DNA of 64,000 nt from an uncultured Verrucomicrobiae bacterium (lineage in GTDB: Bacteria; Verrucomicrobiota; Verrucomicrobiia; Chthoniobacterales; Chthoniobacteraceae), in the NCBI GenBank assembly GCA_963769025.1, contig CAVYKI010000003.1, positions 800,001 to 864,000 of the forward strand. Direction: 5' to 3'. The notes beneath the pieces were generated by a model that worked only from the letters and a program-made list of their open reading frames with translations, made no database searches and had not been told where the DNA came from. Made by a program: the position numbers and the translations under genes. The first letter of the stretch is position 1, and every line of letters begins with the position of its first letter. Below, piece by piece: positions 34,109-43,516 of this stretch.

Positions 34109-35224
34109 ATGAAACCTCGCCACTTCACCCCGGGAAAATCGCGCTGCATCACATTCCTCGTCGCTCTCGGAGCCTGGCTCGCCGCTCCGCCGGAGACATC
34201 CGGGCAGGGCTGCGTGGCGGTGCGCGGAGGCGGGCAATGTTCGCTGACGGGAAGTTTTTTGACAGGCGATGGCGCCGGCTATCCGAAGCCCGGCGACTGG
34301 CTGGCGTCGCTGAGCTACCGGTTCATTCATTCCGAGCGCCTTTTTGCCGAGGACAGCGAGTTTACGGCTCCCTCGGCGTTCGATGCGCAGCCCATCGCCA
34401 ACTCGCACTTCGTCGACCTCTCCGTGCTGTACACGGTGACCCCGCGGTTCAGCGTCGGACTCACCCTGCCATTCACCTACTCGGTCCGCTCGACGAAGTA
34501 CGAGCACGACGGCCTCACCCGCCGCGACAGTGAGGCAGGCGGGATCGGGGACGTCCGGCTCACGGCCTACTATTGGCTGCTGGACCCGGAGAAGAGCCCG
34601 AAAGGGAACATCTCGCTCGGAATCGGCCCGAAGTTTCCGACGGGCGACTACAATGCGCAGGACACCTTTTACACGGCGACCGGCGCGGTGAAACGCGCAG
34701 TGGACCCGTCCATCCAGCCGGGCGACGGCGGGTTCGGATTTTCCGCGGACATCCTCGCGTTTCGCGAGCTCGGGCCGCGATGGCAGGCGTACTTTCAGGG
34801 GTCGTACCTTTTCAATCCGCAGGACACGAACGGCGTGCCCGTGACCGGCGGCCCGCCAAACATCCTTTCGGTCACTTCCATCGCGGATCAATTCAGCGCA
34901 CGTTTCGGCGCGTCGTTCGCGCTCATCCCGGAGTGGGGCCTCTCGGTGACCCTTGGGCCGCGGATCGATGGCGTGCCGGCGACGGATGCTTTCGGCGACA
35001 GCAACGGCTTCCGCCGGCCCGGCTACGCCATCTCCGTCGAGCCCGGCATCACGTGGATGAAAAACGGATGGACGGTCTCCCTCACCACGCCTGTGGCGCT
35101 CTACCGGAACCGCATCCAGAGCAACGAGGACAAGCGCATCGCCGCCATCACCGGAACTCCGCACACGGGCGATGCCGCGTTTGCCGATTATTTCATCACC
35201 GCCAGCATCTCGCGGCGGTTCTGA
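34109..35224 (+). CDS. Putative outer-membrane beta-barrel (transporter-like) with N-terminal QGCVAVRGGGQC
   Basis: Signal peptide, GIGDVRL, GPKFPTG, SIQPGDGG, C-terminal SRRF. Confidence 0.75.
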   Translation: MKPRHFTPGKSRCITFLVALGAWLAAPPETSGQGCVAVRGGGQCSLTGSFLTGDGAGYPKPGDWLASLSYRFIHSERLFAEDSEFTAPSAFDAQPIANSHFVDLSVLYTVTPRFSVGLTLPFTYSVRSTKYEHDGLTRRDSEAGGIGDVRLTAYYWLLDPEKSPKGNISLGIGPKFPTGDYNAQDTFYTATGAVKRAVDPSIQPGDGGFGFSADILAFRELGPRWQAYFQGSYLFNPQDTNGVPVTGGPPNILSVTSIADQFSARFGASFALIPEWGLSVTLGPRIDGVPATDAFGDSNGFRRPGYAISVEPGITWMKNGWTVSLTTPVALYRNRIQSNEDKRIAAITGTPHTGDAAFADYFITASISRRF

Positions 35225-35412
35225 CCGGGCCGGTTTCCGCGGCAAGGCACGTCAGCCTCGAACAATTTTGACCGTTTCCGGTCTTCACGATGTCCACAGA
35301 CTGACGTGCAACCGCTGAATCGAAACGCGTGAAAACAAGGCCGTATGGAGCCGCCAAAAGTCATCCCGCACGCCACGCCGCGGCTGGCGGCTGAACCCGG
35401 AAAACGGATTCC

Positions 35413-36165
35413 TCAGCGGCGGCGCGGGAGATTCCGCCACGGCTTCACGTGCACCTTGGGCGGGGCGGGCTTTTCATCGGCCGGCTCGATCGGTGCCACC
35501 TCGGCGACGTAGATCATGTGGGCGGCGCGCTTGGCGCGGTCGTGGGCCTTGGCGGGATAGGCGGTGGCCTTGAAGCCGTGGCGCTTCAGGCTCTGCACGA
35601 AGCCGGGCTCGGGACATGCGGACCAGAAGGCAACCTCGCCGCCCTCGCGCAGCGAGCGGGCGATGAGGCCGAAGCCGCGGCTGCCGTAGATGCGCGAGTT
35701 CTTTTTCTGCACGAAGGAAGTGGGGCCATTGTCCACGTCGAGGAGTATGGCGTCGTAGCTGGGCTTCGGGGCCTGGAGGAGGACATCGAAGACATCGCGG
35801 GGGATCACTTTCACGCGGGGATCGTCGAGCAGCCTGCCGTTCACATTGCCGAGGAATTCGCGGTTCCACGCGACGACTTCGGGGAGCAGTTCGGCGACGT
35901 GGACGGTGGCGTCGGGGCCGACGATCTCCAACACGCGCTGGAGGCTGTAGCCGAGGCCGAGGCCGCCGATAAGCACGGCGGGGTTCGCATGTCCGCGCAA
36001 CCGGCGGCAGGGCAGCTCCGCGAGCGCCAGTTCGGAAGTCGTGGAGGTGGTGCTCATGAGCTGGCGGCCGTTCAGCTTCAGGAAATATTCGCCGTCGTGC
36101 TCGTGCAGGGTGAATCGCGAACCGTCGGGGGTGTGGGTCTCGGCGAGGGTGCGGAATGGTTTCAC
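35413..36165 (-). CDS. Spermidine synthase-like SAM-binding protein
   Basis: VLIGGLGLGYSL, VAELLPEVVAWNR, YDAILLDVDNGP. Confidence 0.85.
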   Translation of the reverse strand: MKPFRTLAETHTPDGSRFTLHEHDGEYFLKLNGRQLMSTTSTTSELALAELPCRRLRGHANPAVLIGGLGLGYSLQRVLEIVGPDATVHVAELLPEVVAWNREFLGNVNGRLLDDPRVKVIPRDVFDVLLQAPKPSYDAILLDVDNGPTSFVQKKNSRIYGSRGFGLIARSLREGGEVAFWSACPEPGFVQSLKRHGFKATAYPAKAHDRAKRAAHMIYVAEVAPIEPADEKPAPPKVHVKPWRNLPRRR

Positions 36166-36271
36166 GATTGGTCAGCGGATGGATTGCGCGGGAGGAATAG
36201 ACGCGCCGATGGGAAAGGCACGCGAATACGTCGCACCGATCCGCTGCCGCCGACAGGGGGAAGATTTTGGA

Positions 36272-36455
36272 AACGCAGAGGCGCAGAGGCGCGGAGGAAG
36301 AACAGGCGTGCTCGGACTCGGAGCCGACGACGGCAGAAGGCGGGCACTTCTCTGCCGCCGTGAGCCCGGAGTGAAAGGATAGCCCGCCTCCTGCCGTCGG
36401 CGGCTACGGTGTCCAGTCCTGCATCGCTCTCGCCGCGTCTCCGCGTCTTTGCGTC
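36272..36455. repeat. Nested palindromic elements: outer ACGCAGAGGCGC-type arms around an inner GTAG-type REP doublet
   Basis: Outer arms 36272-36297 and 36428-36455; inner arms 36320-36345 and 36382-36407. Confidence 0.75.
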
Positions 36456-36480
36456 AAATTCGAAGCCCTGCCCGCCTTCG

Positions 36481-36951
36481 CTACTGCTCGCTGGGCGGGC
36501 GGAGGAAGTCGATCTTGTCGCCGACCTTTTTGCTCTCCCAGATTTCCTTCATCACCATCACGTCGTATTCGCGCTGGGCGGACTCAACCCACACCTTCAA
36601 TGAATAGCCGGTGTCGGCGGTTTTTTCGGTCACGCCTTTGCGGCTCACGGTCATGAGCGTCTCGCGCAATCCGGGCTCGGCCTTCGCGCGGATCACGCCG
36701 GAGAGCATGTTCTTTGGCGGCTGGCCGGATTGAAAAACGGCCGCGATGATGAAGCCGAGCACGAGGAGCGCGATGAGCACGCCGATGATGACGTCGCGGC
36801 GGTTCACGCCTTTGACCACGAGGTGCGGACGCGGGGCGGGCGCGGGAGCCGCGGTCTGCGGCGCCGGGCTCGCCGCCGTCGCGGGTGCAGGCTTCGGCAC
36901 CGGGTTCGCTTCGGGTTTGGACTCGGGCTGCGGGGCTGGATTCGGGTTCAC
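36481..36951 (-). CDS. Hypothetical single-TM protein with a Pro-rich N-terminus
   Basis: Overlaps the AI-2E gene stop by 4 bp; TM VIIGVLIALLVLGFIIAAVF. Confidence 0.75.
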   Translation of the reverse strand: MNPNPAPQPESKPEANPVPKPAPATAASPAPQTAAPAPAPRPHLVVKGVNRRDVIIGVLIALLVLGFIIAAVFQSGQPPKNMLSGVIRAKAEPGLRETLMTVSRKGVTEKTADTGYSLKVWVESAQREYDVMVMKEIWESKKVGDKIDFLRPPSEQ

Positions 36952-38468
36952 GAGATTGGAGGGGTTTCCGCAAGCGGAGGATTTTCCGGAGCGGGCACAG
37001 CAATGTTACGCTCCCACACGTAGCGTTTCAAGATAACCTTCGACGCGGCGGTGAGCGGCACTGCGAGGATCGCGCCGAGCAGCCCGCCGAGCAGCAGCGA
37101 CCAGAGGAAGACCGAGAAGATGACCGTGACCGGGTGCAGGCCGACGCGTTCGCCGACGATGCGCGGCGTGACGAAGAGGCCATCCACCTGCTGCACGATG
37201 GCAAAGACGCCTGTGACCACGACGGGGAAGACCCACCACGCCGCGCTCGCTGGCACCAGCCAGCTCCCACCTTGCACCGAGGCAATGATGACGGCGGGAA
37301 TCCAGCACAGCGTGATGCCGATGTACGGGATGATGCCGAGGAAGCAGAGGCCGAGGCCGATGAGGATTCCGAAGTCGAGGCCGACGATGCCGAGCAACGT
37401 GCCGGTGGCGATGCCGTTGATGGTGCTGACGACGAGCTGGCCTCGGAAGAATGCGATGAGGTAGCTGTTCACCTCGGTGAGGCACGCGACCACCTCGTCC
37501 TTGAACTTGCTGGCCCGCAACGGCACGTACTTCGTCCACGACGCGGCGATGTGCGGGGACTCGGCGAGGAAGTAGAAAAGATAGAGCGGGATGATGATGA
37601 GCGAGAGCAGGAAGCCGAAGATGCCGAGGAACCCGCCGAGGCTCGAATTGAAGAATCCCCAGACGGTGTCGAAGATGCGCGGCAGCGACTTGTTCAGCCA
37701 TTCGCCGGTGCTGATGTTGCGGATGACCTCCTCGGGGTTTGGCACCGCGGCAGCCTTTGGAGAGACGGGCTTCGGGACGGCTTCGACGGGCGGTGGCGCA
37801 GGCGCGGCTTCGGCTGCCGCCGCAACCACGGGCGCAGGCGCAGGCACCGGCGCAGGCACCGGCGCAGGCACCGGCGTGGGAGCGGGTGTTTCCGCCCCGA
37901 CGGGATTCACGGGCGCGGGTGCGGGTGCGGGCTTTGGCTTTTCCGGTTCGGCGGGCTTGGGCTCGGGCAGGGGCGCGGGCTTGGTGATTTCGTAGAGCTC
38001 GTCGGGGATGACGCGGAGCCCGTATTTCTCGCGGATGTCGAGGGCGAAGTTGGAGATGCCCTTCCGGACGGTCCGCGTGATGTCGGGGACCTTTTTCGCG
38101 AGCTTCGCGGTCTGCCCGGAGATTACCGGGAGGATCCAGAACATGATGCCGGCGAACGCGAGCGAGGTGACCACGAAGACCGCCGTGACGGCGCGGCGGC
38201 GCGTCGTCCCGAATCGCACGAGCCGCTCGACCAGCGGTTCGAGCAGGTAGGCGAGCACGCCGGCGATCGCGAAGGGCACGAGGATCGGCTGCAGGTAGGC
38301 CATCACCTGCGAAAAAATGTAAATGAACCAGACCGCGAGCGCGAGCGTCGCCGCTACGGAGACCGTGGCGAGTGCAGTCCACATCGTCTTGCGCTGCCAG
38401 GGCGTCGGGAAACGGAGTAAGCCGCCCACTTCATTCTGTGGCACTGGCGGCAGTTCCGGCGGGTTCAT
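36948..38468 (-). CDS. AI-2E family transporter with a Pro/Ala-rich insert
   Basis: PFAIAGVLAYLLEPLV, PLYLFYFL, FFRGQL, IPYIG, TPRIVGERVGLHP, GAILAVPL. Confidence 0.9.
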   Translation of the reverse strand: MNPPELPPVPQNEVGGLLRFPTPWQRKTMWTALATVSVAATLALAVWFIYIFSQVMAYLQPILVPFAIAGVLAYLLEPLVERLVRFGTTRRRAVTAVFVVTSLAFAGIMFWILPVISGQTAKLAKKVPDITRTVRKGISNFALDIREKYGLRVIPDELYEITKPAPLPEPKPAEPEKPKPAPAPAPVNPVGAETPAPTPVPAPVPAPVPAPAPVVAAAAEAAPAPPPVEAVPKPVSPKAAAVPNPEEVIRNISTGEWLNKSLPRIFDTVWGFFNSSLGGFLGIFGFLLSLIIIPLYLFYFLAESPHIAASWTKYVPLRASKFKDEVVACLTEVNSYLIAFFRGQLVVSTINGIATGTLLGIVGLDFGILIGLGLCFLGIIPYIGITLCWIPAVIIASVQGGSWLVPASAAWWVFPVVVTGVFAIVQQVDGLFVTPRIVGERVGLHPVTVIFSVFLWSLLLGGLLGAILAVPLTAASKVILKRYVWERNIAVPAPENPPLAETPPIS

Positions 38469-38610
38469 CGCGGGGACCGTGCGCGGAGTCGCCGCGGGCA
38501 GCAAGCACAAGTGCGTGACGTTTCCGCGGCGCCGCGATCCCGCCCGCCCGGGCGTGGCCGTCCACAAAGCCGCTCGCCTTTTCCCGCATCGCGGGCATCT
38601 TGCCGGGTCC

Positions 38611-39111
38611 ATGCAGAATCCGTCGTCCCAGCGCGCCTTCACGCTCATCGAGCTGATGCTGGCGATCGCGATCGCGATCGCGGTGACGGCGCTGGCGGTC
38701 CCGAACATGCGCGGGGCGGCGGCGGAGCGGCGGCTCAACGAGACCTTTGAGCGCTTCGACGCGCTGGCGCGAAAGGCGCAGCTCTACGCGGTGCGCGAGC
38801 AACGCTCGTGGACGCTCATCTTCGACCCGGGGCAGATCTCAGTGCAGCCGGATGAGCCGACGCCCGAGGAGCGCGAGGCCGGCGGCAGCCCGCTCCAGGA
38901 AGTGCTCACGGCCGGCGAGGGCGAGAGCTACGCGCTCCAGCGGCATGCGTCGCTGCTCGCCCCGAAGGACACTTTTGCCGAATGGACCTTCTGGCGCAGC
39001 GGCACGTGCGAGCCGGTCATCGTGAGCTATGACGGCCCCGATGGCACGTGGTCGGCGCAATACAACCCGCTGACGGGGCATGGCGAAATCACCGATCAGG
39101 TCGTCCGATGA
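38611..39111 (+). CDS. Prepilin-type pseudopilin (GspH-like)
   Basis: RAFTLIELMLAIAI N-methylation motif. Confidence 0.8.
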   Translation: MQNPSSQRAFTLIELMLAIAIAIAVTALAVPNMRGAAAERRLNETFERFDALARKAQLYAVREQRSWTLIFDPGQISVQPDEPTPEEREAGGSPLQEVLTAGEGESYALQRHASLLAPKDTFAEWTFWRSGTCEPVIVSYDGPDGTWSAQYNPLTGHGEITDQVVR

Positions 39112-39521
39112 ATGCGCTGCGCCGTTTATCCCGAAAGACCGGGGGCTTCCTGCTGCTGGATTGCATGCTGGCGGTGGCGATATTCGGCTTCGGCGTGATC
39201 GCGCTCGGACGCTCGGTGGAAAACTGTCTGCGGGCCGAACGCTTCCGCCGCGAAGAGGGCCTCGCGCAGCGGCTGCTGCAAAATTACATGGTGCAGATCG
39301 AGACCGAGGCGCTGCCGCTCGCGGACCAGATGACCGAGCAGCTCAAGGGCGCGTGGACGGGCATGACGCTGAACATCACCCGCGAGCAACTGAAGCTCCA
39401 GAACGAAAAGGATCAGGAGCTTTTCGGGCTCTACAAGGTGACGCTCGACCTGAGCTGGAGCACGGGGACCGAGGTCATCCACCGCGATCTCTCGTTCATC
39501 CTTTATCCGAGGCAGCGATGA
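39108..39521 (+). CDS. Pseudopilin (GspI-like)
   Basis: GGFLLLDCMLAVAIF degenerate prepilin motif; ATGA overlap. Confidence 0.75.
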   Translation: MNALRRLSRKTGGFLLLDCMLAVAIFGFGVIALGRSVENCLRAERFRREEGLAQRLLQNYMVQIETEALPLADQMTEQLKGAWTGMTLNITREQLKLQNEKDQELFGLYKVTLDLSWSTGTEVIHRDLSFILYPRQR

Positions 39522-40165
39522 GGACTCTCCCGCACCGCAGGAATGCGTTCACGCTGATCGAGGTCATGCTGGCCGTGGCGATCCTTTCGCTCACCACACT
39601 TGGCATTTTCCGCTTCGTGCAATCCACCGTGCGCGCCGTCGCCGCGTCCGTGGAGGATACCGAGGAGCAGCTCGCGGTGGACCGGCTCGCCGCGCTGGTG
39701 CAGGAGGAACTCTACAGCCTCCCCGTGCGAGGCCAGACGAACATCCAGGGCGAGGCCATCAAGCTGAACGGCGTGGATTTTGACGCCCTCGAATGGCGCT
39801 CGCGCGGCGGAGCGGGGCTGATGACCACGGCCGCCACGGGCGAGTACCGCGTGAAGCTGCGCATCCAGCCGATCGAGAAAAATTCGAACAAGTATGAGAT
39901 CGGCTTGTGGCGGCGGCCCGCGCTGCTGGACACGGCGGGGGGTCTCGTCGCCGGCGGGAGCGACAATGACGCCACATGGGTGCCGCTCCTGCAAAGGGCC
40001 GGGTCGCTGCGCCTGCGCTACTGGGATTCGCGGCTCGGCCAGCTGCTCGACTCGTGGCGCGACCCGACCGCGCGACCGTCCTTCATCATCATGAGTGTCA
40101 CGCTCGAGGGCGAGGCCGTGCCGTACGAGGCAGTGCTGCGCATTCCGATTTCCGCCGTGCAATGA
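39518..40165 (+). CDS. Pseudopilin (GspJ-like)
   Basis: NAFTLIEVMLAVAIL. Confidence 0.8.
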   Translation: MRTLPHRRNAFTLIEVMLAVAILSLTTLGIFRFVQSTVRAVAASVEDTEEQLAVDRLAALVQEELYSLPVRGQTNIQGEAIKLNGVDFDALEWRSRGGAGLMTTAATGEYRVKLRIQPIEKNSNKYEIGLWRRPALLDTAGGLVAGGSDNDATWVPLLQRAGSLRLRYWDSRLGQLLDSWRDPTARPSFIIMSVTLEGEAVPYEAVLRIPISAVQ

Positions 40166-41070
40166 TCGCGCCTCTCCGCTCCCGCCGCCGTGGCGCCGCG
40201 CTGCTCATCGCGCTCATGGCGATCGTCATCCTGTCCAGCGCGGTGCTGACCTGGTCGGCATACATCCGGCAGACGATCAGGGTCTCCGGCGAGACCTTCA
40301 ACGACACCGAGGCGCGGGCGATGGCGCACAGCGGCCTGGCGCTCGCGATGCACCCGCTCGCCAACAAGGAGACGCCCGTGCTGGCGATGGAGGAGGAGAA
40401 CGATCCCGGTTTCCGCGTGCGGCTGGTCAGCGAGGGCGCAAAGCTGAATCTCAACTTCCTTTTCGCCGGCGAAGACCAGCGCAAGCAGGACATCTTCCGC
40501 AAATGGCTGGAGAACCGCGGCATCGATTACCAGGCGCGGGACCACATGATCGACTGTCTCCTCGACTGGGTGGATGCGGACAGCGTCCGTCGTAACAACG
40601 GCCAGGAGGACGGGCCGAATTACCACCCGCCGAACCGCGGGCAATTCCTCACCGTGGACGAACTCGCCGAGGTCGCCGGCACCGAGCCGCTCACTTCGCA
40701 GCCGGGCTGGAAGGACGACCTCACCGTGTTTTCGCAGGGGCCGATCGATCTCTCGGCCGCGGACAAGCACATCCTCCGCCTGCTCCCCGGCGCGGGTGAC
40801 GACGGGATCGACCGCTTTCTCCAGTGGCGGCGCGGCGGCGACGAAATCGACGGGACGATCGACGATCCGGTGATCCAGAAGCTCGAGTCGGTGCAGGGAT
40901 TCCTGGGGATGAGCAAGTCGCAGTGGAATGCGCTGGGCGGGCTGATCACGCTCCGGGACAACACCTGGCAGATCATTTCCGAGGGCTGGTCGGGAAAAGT
41001 CGTTCGACAAGTGACCGTCGTGGTCCGTAAAGGAAGCCAGAACCCTCAAATTTTGAACTGGAAAGAATGA
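40162..41070 (+). CDS. Type II secretion protein GspK-like
   Basis: RGAALLIAL, SEGAKLNLN, LLDWVDAD, FLTVDELAEVAG, IDLSAA..LRLLPG. Confidence 0.88.
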   Translation: MIAPLRSRRRGAALLIALMAIVILSSAVLTWSAYIRQTIRVSGETFNDTEARAMAHSGLALAMHPLANKETPVLAMEEENDPGFRVRLVSEGAKLNLNFLFAGEDQRKQDIFRKWLENRGIDYQARDHMIDCLLDWVDADSVRRNNGQEDGPNYHPPNRGQFLTVDELAEVAGTEPLTSQPGWKDDLTVFSQGPIDLSAADKHILRLLPGAGDDGIDRFLQWRRGGDEIDGTIDDPVIQKLESVQGFLGMSKSQWNALGGLITLRDNTWQIISEGWSGKVVRQVTVVVRKGSQNPQILNWKE

Positions 41071-42287
41071 AGCAAAACGGCGCACTCGCAGCGTTCCTCG
41101 GCCCGGATGCCCACGGCTGGCGTGTCAGCGTCGGCGGTGGCGCGGAGCAGAGCGTCGCCACGATGGGCGAGGCGGTCGCTTCCTTGCCGGCGCATGCAAA
41201 TGTGGAGCTCGCTCTGCCGTGCCAGTCCGTCCTCATCGAGCGGCACAAGCTGCCCTCCACCGACAGCGCGGAGCTCGCCGACATGCTCCAGCTCCAGCTC
41301 GAAAAGACGCTCCCCTACCCGCTCGAGGACGTGAGCCACGGCTTCGAGGTGCTGAGCCAGACCGAAAATGAAAGCACGGTGCTCACTTTCGCCGCGTCCC
41401 GCATGCAGCTCGACGAGCTCTGCGCGCCGATGCGCGAAAAGGGCCACATCCCGGGTCGCATCACGCTCCAGGCGCTGCGCGTCGCGGCCTCCTGCCCGGA
41501 GACCGGCCACATCCTCGCCATCTGGCCCGAGCAGGAACAGACCGCGTGCGCCATCATCACCGACGGCAAGCTCGCGTGGGCACAGCCCATCGCCGGGCTC
41601 GGGCCGGATGCGGTGCTCACGGAATTGCCCGGCCTCCTGCTCTCTGCCGAGCTCCAAGGCGTGCCCACGGAATTTTCCGAGATCCGCGTCGCCGAGGAAA
41701 CAGCGGGCCTCGCCGAGGCGCTGAAGGCGCAGTTTGGAAAACCCGTGCTCCCCATCGGCGCGCTGCCCGGCGCGAAGGCCGCGCTCGATCTGCTGCCGCC
41801 CGCGTGGCAGGCAGACCTCCGCCGGCAGGAGCGCGGCGACAAGCTGAAGCAAAACCTGGTCATCGCGGGCGTCCTTTACCTCGTGCTGGTGGCCGTGGCA
41901 TTCGGCTACCTCGCGTGGATGAAGCGCGAGGTCCAGACCGCGCAGGGCGAACACGACGCGATGAAGCCGCGATTTGCCGGCATCGAAAAACAGATGGGCC
42001 GCTGGGATTCGCTCGCGCCGGTCATCGAGCCGAAGCGCTACCTCGTCGAGGTGCTCCACCAGCTCACGAAGGCGTGGAAGCAGAATGACAGGCTCCAGTT
42101 CACCTCGCTCACCTTCGGCCCGCGCGAATGGATCGCGAAGGGCGAGGGCACGACGGATGCGCGTTTCGACCTCGTGACCCGGCTGAAGGCGAGCAAGGAA
42201 TTCGACGCCTTCGACCTCCAGTTCCCGCCCGAGCAGCCGCTGAAGGACGACCGGTTCTCATTCGTCATCACCGGGAAACCCCACTGA
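41067..42287 (+). CDS. GspL / PilM-PilN-like assembly protein
   Basis: Cytoplasmic actin-like region (QLEKTLPYPLEDV), DLLPPAW, single TM, periplasmic domain. Confidence 0.75.
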   Translation: MKQNGALAAFLGPDAHGWRVSVGGGAEQSVATMGEAVASLPAHANVELALPCQSVLIERHKLPSTDSAELADMLQLQLEKTLPYPLEDVSHGFEVLSQTENESTVLTFAASRMQLDELCAPMREKGHIPGRITLQALRVAASCPETGHILAIWPEQEQTACAIITDGKLAWAQPIAGLGPDAVLTELPGLLLSAELQGVPTEFSEIRVAEETAGLAEALKAQFGKPVLPIGALPGAKAALDLLPPAWQADLRRQERGDKLKQNLVIAGVLYLVLVAVAFGYLAWMKREVQTAQGEHDAMKPRFAGIEKQMGRWDSLAPVIEPKRYLVEVLHQLTKAWKQNDRLQFTSLTFGPREWIAKGEGTTDARFDLVTRLKASKEFDAFDLQFPPEQPLKDDRFSFVITGKPH

Positions 42288-42289
42288 GC

Positions 42290-42820
42290 ATGCTCGCCAC
42301 GATGAACAAGCGGGAAAAGTTTCTCCTCACCGTCACGGCCGTGGTGGTCGGCGTGCTGGTGAACTTCTATCTCGTCAAATTTTTCCTCGCGAACCGCACC
42401 GACCTCGCGCGCCAGCTCGCGATGACGCAGGCGAAAGTCGATACGCTGAAAAAGCGCGAGTCCGAGCGTGAACTCTGGTCGCGCCGCGACGCGTGGCTGA
42501 ATGAAAAGCTGCCCGTCCTCGGCGACCCCGATGTCGCGAGCAAGGCGTTGCGCGAATCCATCCTCGAGCTGGCCAAGAAGCATACCGTCACCCTCGAGTC
42601 GCCCGCGCCCAGCAACCCCGTCACCCGCCCCGGCCACATCTCTCTCGCGGTGAAGGTCGATGCGAAGGCGCCGTGGGGCGCGATGTTCAGTTTTCTCCAT
42701 GAGCTTCAGGGCCCGGAAGAATTCATCGCGATCGAAAACTGCGAAATCAAGGTGAACCGAGACGACAAGACGCAGCTCCGCGCCTCGCTCACCATCGCCC
42801 GCTGGTACGCGCCAAACTAG
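42290..42820 (+). CDS. GspM / PilO-like protein
   Basis: MNKREKFLL plus TM plus coiled coil; FSFLHELQ. Confidence 0.7.
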   Translation: MLATMNKREKFLLTVTAVVVGVLVNFYLVKFFLANRTDLARQLAMTQAKVDTLKKRESERELWSRRDAWLNEKLPVLGDPDVASKALRESILELAKKHTVTLESPAPSNPVTRPGHISLAVKVDAKAPWGAMFSFLHELQGPEEFIAIENCEIKVNRDDKTQLRASLTIARWYAPN

Positions 42821-42877
42821 CGTCGCCGCCGCAGCGCTTGCCCCCGTCCCCGGTCCGTGCGAGCTTCCGCCGCTGCC

Positions 42878-43510
42878 ATGAAACCCCTCGTCATTTTCCT
42901 CGCCCTCTCCGCCGCGGCCAGCGCGGACGACATCATCCCGCAGGCGCTGCCCATGGATCGCTACTCCGAGACCGCCGCGACGTCCCCGTTCGTCCTCGAG
43001 ACGAAATCCACCGAGGCGCCGGTCGTCGAGAAGGTGAATCCCTTTCAGAATCTCTACCTCAGCGGCATCGGGAAGGCGGACGGGAAGGATTACGTCCTGA
43101 TTCAGCGTCTCGGTGAGGATCGCCCGATGCGCTTCATCGGGAACGAACCCGGCACCGATGAACTCGCAGTGAAGTCGGTCCTGATCGGGAATAATTTCCG
43201 CGAGACCAAGGTCGTCCTGCAAAAGGGAACCGAAACGGGCGAAGTCAAATTCAAGGAAGACTCGCTCAGCGCGCCGCCGCCCGCCGCTCCGGGAAATCGC
43301 CCGCCCGCGGCGTCCGGCCAGTTCCAAAAACCCGCAGGCATGCCCATCCCTCAGCCACAGGCCCAGACGGTGCGTCCGCCGCAATTTGGCACGATGACAC
43401 AGGTGCCGCGGCCTCAGGGGGCCGTGCCGCTGCCACAGGCCCCCAAGCCGCCGAGCATCCCGCAAACCCCCGGTGCGCCGAAGGGGCGGCTCCGCGTGAT
43501 CAATAACTGA
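42878..43510 (+). CDS. Secreted Pro-rich hypothetical protein (GspC/PilP-like position)
   Basis: Signal peptide, SPF..NPF..LYLSGI, Pro-rich tail. Confidence 0.6.
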   Translation: MKPLVIFLALSAAASADDIIPQALPMDRYSETAATSPFVLETKSTEAPVVEKVNPFQNLYLSGIGKADGKDYVLIQRLGEDRPMRFIGNEPGTDELAVKSVLIGNNFRETKVVLQKGTETGEVKFKEDSLSAPPPAAPGNRPPAASGQFQKPAGMPIPQPQAQTVRPPQFGTMTQVPRPQGAVPLPQAPKPPSIPQTPGAPKGRLRVINN

Positions 43511-43516
43511 TCGCCG

